In this document: positions 26,638-34,409 of the stretch, in pieces
Position numbering within the stretch: the first letter of the stretch is position 1
Layout: the number at the start of each line of letters is the position of its first letter
NCBI GenBank assembly: GCA_964402495.1
Contig: CAYODB010000005.1
Location: forward strand, 1-41,430
Length of the DNA stretch: 41,430 bases
Direction of reading: 5' to 3'
Origin: an uncultured Bordetella sp.
Lineage (GTDB): Bacteria > Pseudomonadota > Gammaproteobacteria > Burkholderiales > JACQAP01
Made by a program: the position numbers and the translations under genes
Notes under the pieces: generated by a model
Databases searched by the model: none
What the model was told of the DNA's origin: nothing
The model's input: the letters and a program-made list of their open reading frames with translations, nothing else

Positions 26638-26916
26638 ATGAGGACGACGCAATCTACCCTGTTGGCAACCTTGCTCGTGGCGTTCTGCCTTGCATCCGAG
26701 GCAGGCGCCGACGACTCGAATAAAACGCGGGTGGGCACCTGCAACGATGCCAAGAGCCAGATGGACTATTTCTGCAATCCTGCCAATGCCGCGAGCGACA
26801 GCATGGTGGCCCTCGGCACCGCTTGCAACAATGCCAAGAATAACGTCAAGGAAGCCTGCGAGGGCATTGTCGAGGCCGACAAGACTTACGAATTCGACGA
26901 CAAGAAGAAAAAATAG
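26638..26916 (+). CDS. Small secreted Cys-rich protein, unknown family (paralog A)
   Basis: Track ORF of 92 aa with GGAGGAG upstream and a signal peptide. The mature part has 4 Cys in two C-x-[DN]-AK-x-[QN]-x5-C modules and a KKKK tail. Confidence 0.7.
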   Translation: MRTTQSTLLATLLVAFCLASEAGADDSNKTRVGTCNDAKSQMDYFCNPANAASDSMVALGTACNNAKNNVKEACEGIVEADKTYEFDDKKKK

Positions 26917-26982
26917 GCGGCCCGGCGACGGCGCAGCCGAAGTTCGTACTGCCGAACATCTCATCACGAAGCAGAGGCCCCT

Positions 26983-27240
26983 GTGAGAACACCTTCTTTG
27001 ATCGGCGCGTGTCTTCTGGGACTTGCCACGACCGCCTGTTTCGCAGCGGAGGCCGACACGCGCGCCGGCACCTGCGAAGACGCGAAGAAACAACACGAGT
27101 ACTACTGTGAAGGCAAGAACGATCCGAACGACATTTTCACCCAGGCGAATATCGCGTGTAACAACGCCAAGAGAAATATGGCTGCAGCTTGCGAAGGCAA
27201 GACCGCGCCGGATGCGGAGTACAAGTTCGAAAAGAAGTGA
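26983..27240 (+). CDS. Small secreted Cys-rich protein, unknown family (paralog B)
   Basis: Track ORF of 85 aa with a GTG start and AGAGG upstream. It has a signal peptide, the same 4-Cys pattern, and about 50% identity to paralog A by eye. Confidence 0.65.
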   Translation: MRTPSLIGACLLGLATTACFAAEADTRAGTCEDAKKQHEYYCEGKNDPNDIFTQANIACNNAKRNMAAACEGKTAPDAEYKFEKK

Positions 27241-27351
27241 AGCAGCGGGTTTCGGCCGGACGCCCACTTCCGGATTGAGTTTTGTGCAAGCAGTCGTGTC
27301 GAGGGTTCAGTGCGACTTTATTCCAACGTAACGCCCAGCTAAGGAGGAGTC

Positions 27352-28905
27352 ATGACAGAACAAAGACGTATCGGCGTTCACATGAGCGACGACGAAATGA
27401 AACTGGTCGACCCGGCGGACGAAGTTGCGTTTCGTTCTCCGGTGCCGACGCAGGTCGTCTCCAACGGCGAATACAATCCATTGCCCCAGACCGATGACCA
27501 GAAAAAGGTCGAGGGCTTGATCAAGGAACTCGCCGACGTTCAGGCCAAACGCCACAACATCAGTCGCCGCCAGTTCCTGGCGAGCAGCGCCGGAATGGCC
27601 ACGGCGTTCCTGGCGATGAACAAGGTTTTCGGCCCGGTCTGGGATGTTTCCGAGGCAGAGGCCGCCGACATGGAAATGTCGACGTACCGCGCCGGCCAGC
27701 TTTCCGGCCAGTTCATTTTCGATGACCAGACGCACTTCATCCGCGACGACTTCAAGCAGGAAGGTCTGCTGGGTCTCACCAAGTGGGCGGTCGGCGCCAA
27801 TGTCAACGCGGACATCATGTCGGTGCCGTTGACTCTGGGGCGCTACAAGATGGACAACTACCTGAAGGAGATCTTCCTCGACAGCGACACCAAGATCGCG
27901 CTGCTCTCGGGCGCGCCGTTCGACGATCCGTCCTGGTGGCTGTTGTCCAATGACGCCATCCAGACCGCCTGCCGCGCGGTGAACAAGATGGCCGGAAGCA
28001 CGCGCATGCTCGGACATACCGTGATCACGCCCAAGTATCCGAACTGGATGGACGAAGTCGACCGCGGCATCGAATCCTTGCATCCGGTGTCGTGGAAGTC
28101 CTACACCATCGGCGACCCGTTCGGACCTTCCAAGTATGCGTGGCGCCTGGACGACGAAAAACTGATGTACCCGTTCTACGAGAAGGCGATCAAGTCAGGC
28201 ATCAACACAATCTGCATCCATAAGGGCCTGATGCCGCGCGACTACGAGAAAGCTTTTGCCGGCACCTGGGAAAGCGCAACCGTGAAGGATCTGGGCAAGG
28301 CCGCGAAGGATTGGCCTGGAATGAACTTCGTCATCTACCACTCGGCGCTGCGTCCGTGGCTGGCGGATCAACCCGATGCCGACCTGCAGAAGTTCCTCGA
28401 CACCGGTTACGTCGAGTGGGCCACCGACCTTGCGCGCATCCCGGAGAAGTTCGGTGTGAACAACGTGTACGCCGAAATCGGCAGCACGTTTGCCAGTACC
28501 GCCGTGACCAATCCCCGGTTCTGCGCTGCGTTCATCGGGCAGCTCGTGAACATGATGGGGCCGGAGCGGGTGGTCTGGGGCACCGACTCGGTGTGGTACG
28601 GCAGCCCGCAATGGCAGATCGAAGCCATGCGCAGGCTGGAGATTCCGGACGACATCATGAAGAAGTTCAAATGGAAGACAAAACTGGGCGGACCGAACAG
28701 CGAGGTCAAGCAGAAAATCTTCGGCCTGAACGGTGCGCACCTTTACGGTCTAGACATGAAGATCAGCGCAGACAAGCCCTTCACCCAGGACCAGATCGCC
28801 CTGATCAAGGCGGATTACATCGCCATGGGCGGCGAGCGCAGTAACGCCGCTTACGGTTATGTCGCCAAGAGCGATACCGTTTACACCGGCATCCCCGCCG
28901 TCTGA
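27352..28905 (+). CDS. Amidohydrolase-family (TIM-barrel metal hydrolase) protein with internal twin-arginine motif
   Basis: Track ORF of 517 aa with AAGGAGG upstream. SRRQFLASSAGMATAFLAM sits at residues 71-89. The C-terminal about 400 aa resemble amidohydrolase_2-type proteins (family call moderate). Confidence 0.75.
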   Translation: MTEQRRIGVHMSDDEMKLVDPADEVAFRSPVPTQVVSNGEYNPLPQTDDQKKVEGLIKELADVQAKRHNISRRQFLASSAGMATAFLAMNKVFGPVWDVSEAEAADMEMSTYRAGQLSGQFIFDDQTHFIRDDFKQEGLLGLTKWAVGANVNADIMSVPLTLGRYKMDNYLKEIFLDSDTKIALLSGAPFDDPSWWLLSNDAIQTACRAVNKMAGSTRMLGHTVITPKYPNWMDEVDRGIESLHPVSWKSYTIGDPFGPSKYAWRLDDEKLMYPFYEKAIKSGINTICIHKGLMPRDYEKAFAGTWESATVKDLGKAAKDWPGMNFVIYHSALRPWLADQPDADLQKFLDTGYVEWATDLARIPEKFGVNNVYAEIGSTFASTAVTNPRFCAAFIGQLVNMMGPERVVWGTDSVWYGSPQWQIEAMRRLEIPDDIMKKFKWKTKLGGPNSEVKQKIFGLNGAHLYGLDMKISADKPFTQDQIALIKADYIAMGGERSNAAYGYVAKSDTVYTGIPAV

Positions 28906-28923
28906 GTAATCTCTCCCCCTCGG

Positions 28924-28951
28924 AAGCCGGAGCTCGTCTCCGGCTTTTTTT
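28924..28951 (+). terminator. Rho-independent terminator after the amidohydrolase gene
   Basis: AAGCCGGAG-CTCGT-CTCCGGCTT followed by a T7 run. Confidence 0.8.
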
Positions 28952-28980
28952 ATGGCTGTCCCCCGTGGATGACTCTCCTG

Positions 28981-29568
28981 TCATTCCGTCGACAACCACT
29001 CGTAGTCCTTCCCCAGTTCCGGCTTGCCGTCCGCCTCGCCGTGCCCGAGGCTCACCAGCCAGGAAATCAGGTTGCCCTTTTCGATTGCAGTGCAGGGGCG
29101 CTTGAGCAGGTAATTGCAGTTGAGCCGGAACCATTTTTCAACGGTATCGTAATCAGTAAACCGGCGCGGATTCGCGACTGGCGCGAACGCGCCGATCTCG
29201 CGTTTCTTAGCGTGCTGCGGATCCACGTGCTCCCTGTCGTCGATCACGTGACAGGCCCGACACAGGATCTTGGTGCGGTGACGCAGGATCGACCGGCGCG
29301 GGTCCGTCAAATGACACGAGACACAGCCGGTTTCTCCGACGACCGGCAGCGCATGCTTGCGGAAGTAGAATGCGCGTCCGTCTTCCGGCGAAAAATTCTC
29401 GAAGTCCGCCGATTCGGCCCTTGCCTGCGCGTGGTAAAGGGCGAGCAGATCCGCCGGAGTCTGGGCGGAGGCGCTGCACGGCAAGCACGCGCCTGACAGC
29501 GGCAGCAAGAGGAGCAGCATCCGAAACGAAATCCGGCCACGTTCGCGGTACCCCCATGCCTGCGGCAT
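28981..29568 (-). CDS. DUF1924-type c-type cytochrome
   Basis: Track ORF of 195 aa. It has two CxxCH motifs (CVSCH, CRACH) and ...RRFTDYDTVEKWFRLNCNYLLKRPCTAIEKGNL... typical of DUF1924. The start may be ATG 29520, which gives a signal peptide. Confidence 0.75.
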   Translation of the reverse strand: MPQAWGYRERGRISFRMLLLLLPLSGACLPCSASAQTPADLLALYHAQARAESADFENFSPEDGRAFYFRKHALPVVGETGCVSCHLTDPRRSILRHRTKILCRACHVIDDREHVDPQHAKKREIGAFAPVANPRRFTDYDTVEKWFRLNCNYLLKRPCTAIEKGNLISWLVSLGHGEADGKPELGKDYEWLSTE

Positions 29569-29585
29569 CCAGTCCGTCCCGCCGG

Positions 29586-30995
29586 TCAGATCGAAGAAAG
29601 AAATTTCAACAGCGCTTCGCGATCGGCTTTGGACATGCCGCGGAATGCCTCGCGCGAGGCTGAAGCTTCGCCGCCGTGCCAGAGAATGGCCTCGGTTGCA
29701 TTTCGCGCGCGCCCGTCATGCAGCATCGCCGTGCTGCCGCTCACGATTGCAGACAGTCCGATGCCCCAAAGCGGCTGGGTGCGCCAATCGCGGCCACCCG
29801 CCTTGAAGTCGGGCCGGTTGTCCGCGAGTTCCTCGCCCATGTCATGAAGCAGCAAATCGGTATAGGCGTGAAAAACCTGGTCCTTGATCTGCGGCAGCCC
29901 CGGCAGCGGGCCGGCTTTCATTTCCGGCACATGGCAAATGGCGCATCTCGCCTCGACAAACAGCTTCTCCCCAAGCGCGTAACCCGGATCGCCAACGTTG
30001 CGGCGCGCCGGTACGGCCAGCGCCTGCGTCCAGAATTCCAGTTCTTCCCAGTTGATATTGATGAGTTCCGGCTTGTTTCCGGGCGGCTGAAACGCGCAGT
30101 CCTTTTGCACGGGCGGGCAGTTCTCCTTGTCGAACAGCGGTGAGGTCACGCCGATATCTCCATGGAACGCAGCGGCGATCTGTTGCTTGATGGAGGGCTG
30201 GCTCGACTTCCAGCCGAACCGGCCGAGCGCGACGCGCTTGCCGATGCCGTCCCAGACGTAATTCGGTCGCCCGTTCACCCCCTGCGATTTCTGCTTCTCG
30301 GCAATGGCCAGAATGTCGGCCTCGGTCACGGCCTCGAGCATTCCCAGCCCATAAGTTGGCTGCGCGATTCTCAGCGAGTACATCACTTCCGGGCCGAGCG
30401 GGCCGAAATTGAGCTTCTCCACTCTGAGCTTCGGCTTGCGCAACATGACCCTTTCACCGTCAGCGAAAGTGAGCGGAGATTCCTCCCAGTCGAGATACAG
30501 GTTGGCTTCCTGTCGGACGCGTTCACCCAGATAGGTCGCGTCTTTGTCCTGCCCCATCAGCCCCTGATTCTGGATCTGGTCGCCGTAGTTCGGATGCGGG
30601 ACCGGCTCGCCGTGTTCGCCTTCGCCGGGAAGGGAAATGCGCACCAGCACGGACAACAACTGCTCTTCGGGCGACTTCGGCGGATGGCCCCGCCCGCCCC
30701 CGACATGGCAACCCGAGCAACGGTCCGCTATGAAGGTCGGGCCGAGTCCCCAATCGCCGCCGAGCGACGGAAATACCACCCACCTCTGGTTGAAATGCTG
30801 CCGGCCGCGCAGAAATTTTTCGCTTTCACGGTAGGTAAGGACCGGGGCCGGCGCCGAATAAGCAGTCTGGTCGGTCAGCGCCACGGTGAAACTGCCTGCA
30901 GACAACGCTGCCGGCGCAATCTCATCCACCGCCGCCGGCGCCGCCAGGGCCACGCCGATCAGCACTGCTGCAGCGCCACTGGATACCGCTCGCAT
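29586..30995 (-). CDS. DUF1111 di-haem oxidoreductase (putative peroxidase)
   Basis: Track ORF 29586..31058. I place the start at ATG 30995, which has GGGAGGAG 7 nt upstream and gives signal peptide MRAVSSGAAAVLIGVALA. It has two CxxCH motifs (CSGCH, CAICH). Confidence 0.8.
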   Translation of the reverse strand: MRAVSSGAAAVLIGVALAAPAAVDEIAPAALSAGSFTVALTDQTAYSAPAPVLTYRESEKFLRGRQHFNQRWVVFPSLGGDWGLGPTFIADRCSGCHVGGGRGHPPKSPEEQLLSVLVRISLPGEGEHGEPVPHPNYGDQIQNQGLMGQDKDATYLGERVRQEANLYLDWEESPLTFADGERVMLRKPKLRVEKLNFGPLGPEVMYSLRIAQPTYGLGMLEAVTEADILAIAEKQKSQGVNGRPNYVWDGIGKRVALGRFGWKSSQPSIKQQIAAAFHGDIGVTSPLFDKENCPPVQKDCAFQPPGNKPELININWEELEFWTQALAVPARRNVGDPGYALGEKLFVEARCAICHVPEMKAGPLPGLPQIKDQVFHAYTDLLLHDMGEELADNRPDFKAGGRDWRTQPLWGIGLSAIVSGSTAMLHDGRARNATEAILWHGGEASASREAFRGMSKADREALLKFLSSI

Positions 30996-31203
30996 CGCCA
31001 GACTCCTCCCGATTACCATGCCAGCCTCAAAAGTATCGGATCGGCGGTGTCTGCGCAATCGACATCGCGCTCATCGGGCGTTCCATGCGCCGGCAATGCA
31101 TGGAACGGGCACAAGGTCAAACGGCATCACCTGGCGTAAAATGTCTGCTTGAGGGGCGTATGCCTGCGCTCAAAGACGATCAGGAACTGAAGAGGAACCG
31201 GCC

Positions 31204-32589
31204 ATGAATCTGCCCGCGGAAAAACATCATTCAGCAATCGAGGAAATACGCGCCCGGTTCGGCGACCGGCTCTCCACCAGCACCGGCGTGCGCGACCACC
31301 ACAGCAAGGACGAGTCCTGGCATCACCCGCACCGGCCCGATGCCGTGGTGTTTCCGAACAACACCGAAGAAGTCGCCGAGATCGTGCGCATCTGCGCCGC
31401 GCACAAAACCCCTGTGGTTGCCTACGGTACCGGCACTTCGCTGGAGGGCAATGTGATTCCGCATCATGGCGGCGTGGTCGTCGACCTGATGAACATGAAC
31501 AAGGTGCTGCGCGTCGGCGCGGAAGACCTGGATGTCACGGTCCAGGCGCGCGTCACCCGCAAGGAGTTGAACGCCTTCATCCGCGACCAGGGCCTGTTCT
31601 TTCCGATCGACCCGGGTGCGGACGCGTCGCTGGGCGGCATGGCAGCCACGCGAGCGTCCGGAACCAACGCCGTGCGCTACGGCACGATGCGCGAGAACGT
31701 GCTCGCACTGACCGTGGTTCTGGCTGACGGACGCATCATCCGCACGTCGCGCCGCTCACGTAAATCCTCGGCGGGCTATGACCTGACGCGTCTGTTCGTC
31801 GGCTCCGAAGGCACGCTCGGCATCATCACCGAAGTCACGCTGCGCCTGTATGGCATTCCCGAAGCCATGGCGGCGGCCGTATGCTCGTTCGACAGCATCG
31901 AAGGCGCGGTCAACACCGTCATCCAGACCATCCAGCTCGGCATCCCGGTCGCGCGCATCGAACTGCTCGACGACGTGCAGATGGACGCCGTGAACAAGTT
32001 CTCCAAGCTGAACTATGCGGTCAAGGACACGCTGTTCGTCGAATTCCACGGCACCGACGCCGGCGTCAAGGAACAGGCGGAAATGGTGCAGTCGATCGCC
32101 GCAGAGCACGGCGGTGGCGAATTCAAATGGGCGACCAAGACCGAGGATCGCACTGCGCTGTGGACGGCGCGCCACGATGTTACGTACGCCAACAAAGCGT
32201 TGCGCCCCGGTTGTGAGATCTGGGCGACCGATGTCTGCGTGCCGATCTCCAGGCTGACCGACTGCATCATGGAGACCAAAAAAGATCTGAAGGAAAGCTT
32301 CCTGATCGCGCCGCTGGTCGGCCACGTGGGCGACGGCAATTTCCACCTGGGTTTCCTGATCAACCGCGACGATCCGAAGGAACTCGAGGAAGCAGAACGC
32401 CTGAACGATCGGCTGGTCATGCGCGCCCTGGCCATGGACGGCACCTGCACCGGCGAGCACGGCATCGGGCTGGGAAAAATGAAATTCCTCACTGCCGAGC
32501 ACGGCGAAGCCGTCGGCGTCATGCGGCAGATCAAGAGGGCGCTCGATCCGCAGAATATTCTGAATCCGGGGAAGATTTTCACGTTGTGA
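31204..32589 (+). CDS. FAD-linked oxidase (D-lactate/D-2-hydroxyacid dehydrogenase, GlcD-like)
   Basis: Track ORF of 461 aa. It has an FAD_binding_4-type N-terminal half (VVAYGTGTSLEG) and GTCTGEHGIG near the C-terminus. Stop TGA 32587-32589 overlaps the cassette 9 arm. Confidence 0.88.
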   Translation: MNLPAEKHHSAIEEIRARFGDRLSTSTGVRDHHSKDESWHHPHRPDAVVFPNNTEEVAEIVRICAAHKTPVVAYGTGTSLEGNVIPHHGGVVVDLMNMNKVLRVGAEDLDVTVQARVTRKELNAFIRDQGLFFPIDPGADASLGGMAATRASGTNAVRYGTMRENVLALTVVLADGRIIRTSRRSRKSSAGYDLTRLFVGSEGTLGIITEVTLRLYGIPEAMAAAVCSFDSIEGAVNTVIQTIQLGIPVARIELLDDVQMDAVNKFSKLNYAVKDTLFVEFHGTDAGVKEQAEMVQSIAAEHGGGEFKWATKTEDRTALWTARHDVTYANKALRPGCEIWATDVCVPISRLTDCIMETKKDLKESFLIAPLVGHVGDGNFHLGFLINRDDPKELEEAERLNDRLVMRALAMDGTCTGEHGIGLGKMKFLTAEHGEAVGVMRQIKRALDPQNILNPGKIFTL

Positions 32590-32708
32590 AGGGAAGAGGG
32601 ACGAGGGTTGAGGGAAAAGCGATCTCCTTAACCCCCGTCCAGATCTCCCCGCTGTCTGCCTGATCCCTGCTCTTCCCTCGCCCCTCGTCCCACTTCCCTC
32701 GCCCCTCC
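32588..32708. repeat. Inverted-repeat cassette 9 (7-nt NGAGGGA units, compact hairpin)
   Basis: Arm 32588-32624 is GAAGGGAAGAGGGACGAGGGTTGAGGGAAAAGCGATC. The reverse complement of arm 32662-32708 is GGAGGGGCGAGGGAAGTGGGACGAGGGGCGAGGGAAGAGCAGGGATC. The loop is about 35 nt. Confidence 0.8.
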
Positions 32709-32709
32709 A

Positions 32710-33063
32710 GTGCCAACGATCTACGGGATCAGGAACTGCGACACCATGAAGAAGGCCTTCGCCTGGCTTGACGGGCATGGCGTCGATTACGCCTTCCATG
32801 ACTACAAGGTGGCGGGAATCGAGGTCGCGCATCTCAAGGCGTGGTCGAAACAGGTCGGCTGGGATGTGCTGCTTAATACCCGCGGCACGACGTGGCGCAA
32901 GCTGTCGCCTGCGGAGCAGGCGAACGTCGACGAAGCCAAGGCAATAAAGCTGATGGTCGAGAACCCGAGCCTGATCAAGCGGCCCGTGCTGGTGCTGGAG
33001 AACGGGAAGAACCTGCTGGTCGGCTTCGCGCCGGATCGTTACGAAAGCGCCCTGAAGCGATAG
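32710..33063 (+). CDS. ArsC/Spx-family reductase (YffB-like)
   Basis: Track ORF of 117 aa with a GTG start. IYGIRNCDTMKKA is the N-terminal motif of this family. Confidence 0.85.
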   Translation: MPTIYGIRNCDTMKKAFAWLDGHGVDYAFHDYKVAGIEVAHLKAWSKQVGWDVLLNTRGTTWRKLSPAEQANVDEAKAIKLMVENPSLIKRPVLVLENGKNLLVGFAPDRYESALKR

Positions 33064-33102
33064 CCCGCGCTGGCTGGCCGGGCCGCCGTCCAGGGCGTGG
33101 CG

Positions 33103-33387
33103 TTAGGACTGGGAGACGGCGGACTGGGACAAAAAGCGCAACGTCAGCCCGGGCCAGTTCTCTTTGCCCTCCCCGTGCGCGCGTGTCGTGCACACCCGGA
33201 CAAAGGAATCCGCCAACTGGTTCTCGAAGGAGGGACGGTCGCCGTAAATCGACAGCGGCACTGCATCATCGACCGCGTATTCAAGGCCACGGAAGCAAAG
33301 GGACACTGCACCCGTTGCGTTCTCCTTCAGGTAAGCACCGTTGTGGATGTCAAGGCGCTCGCCCGCGTTCTTCGTGCGTACATTCAT
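33103..33387 (-). CDS. Hypothetical small protein (paralog of 33401..33694)
   Basis: This is the C-terminal 94 codons of track ORF 33103..33501, starting at ATG 33387 (MNVRTKNAGERLDIHNGAYL...). It shares GAYL, LC, Y.VDD..P, FV..C, WP.L...FLS with its neighbour. Confidence 0.55.
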   Translation of the reverse strand: MNVRTKNAGERLDIHNGAYLKENATGAVSLCFRGLEYAVDDAVPLSIYGDRPSFENQLADSFVRVCTTRAHGEGKENWPGLTLRFLSQSAVSQS

Positions 33388-33400
33388 GAGTTCTGCCGGT

Positions 33401-33694
33401 TCAGGAAACGTGGACCAGATATGGCTTGCGCGCTTCCCTGGCCTGCATTTCGGAGAGAAATTTTTTCGCGAGCGGCGGCCAACCTGTTTGGTCGCGGCCA
33501 TAAGCGACCATCATGCACGTACTGACGAACCTGCGTGCATTTGCGCTTTGGCGGGGAGCTTCGGGAAGATTGCTGCCGGGCGGAATGACGTCGTCAACCA
33601 CATATGCAGGGTTATCGAGGCAGAGCAGGACGCGACCGGATTTGGTTTGCTGCAGATACGCGCCGCGTTGTGGCCCGTTGGACACCAGTTTCAT
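33401..33694 (-). CDS. Hypothetical small protein (paralog of 33103..33387)
   Basis: Track ORF 33401..33748. I place the start at ATG 33694 (MKLVSNGPQRGAYL...), or earlier. I recognise no family. Confidence 0.55.
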   Translation of the reverse strand: MKLVSNGPQRGAYLQQTKSGRVLLCLDNPAYVVDDVIPPGSNLPEAPRQSANARRFVSTCMMVAYGRDQTGWPPLAKKFLSEMQAREARKPYLVHVS

Positions 33695-33897
33695 GTGGGC
33701 ACTCCACGCGTAAAGGGCAACCTTCCTCCCTAACATCATGCAAGTCAATGAGTATCGGAATCGCTGCTATGAAGAACGCCTGCTTGGCGAAAGCAATGCG
33801 CCTCATCGCGATGGCGCCCATCCTGCCCGCGAGCACGTGATCGTGTCGGTAGCGTTACAACTGCTTGCACCAGGAAGCCGCCGCGCCTCCGGGTCAT

Positions 33898-33926
33898 TTG
33901 AATTCTCCGCGATCCACCTTTATATA
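33898..33926 (+). promoter_or_regulatory. Candidate sigma70 promoter
   Basis: TTGAAT-N17-TATATA lies in an AT-richer spacer upstream of the small membrane ORF. Confidence 0.3.
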
Positions 33927-34046
33927 AGAAGCTGATGCAACCGGCTCAAGCGCGGAAAACCATGCGCGCCAGAACTATGCGCGTCAGTCCGCGTCGAAGC
34001 TATAATCGATTAACTTCGGAATCTTCAGGATTACCCCGAAAATACA

Positions 34047-34364
34047 GTGAATTCAATGTATACAAATCAAATGCGTTTCCGGCTCGGTGGCAATGGCTCG
34101 CAGCATCAGGTGCAACGTCCGGGCCTGTTGCGCAAACTCGTGGCTGCCATTGCCGGCACCCTGATACTGGTGGGCGCGTTCATGCTTTCTATTGTGGTGC
34201 TGGCCGTCGTCGCCTTGGCTGGGCTGGCCGGTGGCGCTTATCTCTGGTGGAGAACGCGAGAGTTGAGGAAGCGCCTCCGTGAGCATGCGCGTGCACGGCC
34301 TGCGGACGGGCGCGTCATCGAAGGCGAAGTCATCCGCGACACGGAAACGCGCCCGCCTTCCTGA
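34047..34364 (+). CDS. Small membrane protein, unknown function
   Basis: Track ORF of 105 aa. One long hydrophobic stretch (LVAAIAGTLILVGAFMLSIVVLAVVALAGLAGGAYLWW) is followed by a basic segment. The start is uncertain (34047/34059/34071). Confidence 0.55.
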   Translation: MNSMYTNQMRFRLGGNGSQHQVQRPGLLRKLVAAIAGTLILVGAFMLSIVVLAVVALAGLAGGAYLWWRTRELRKRLREHARARPADGRVIEGEVIRDTETRPPS

Positions 34365-34409
34365 ACGGGCTCGCCCCGGACGAGCCTCCAGTGCTCCTGA
34401 TAGCCCCGC

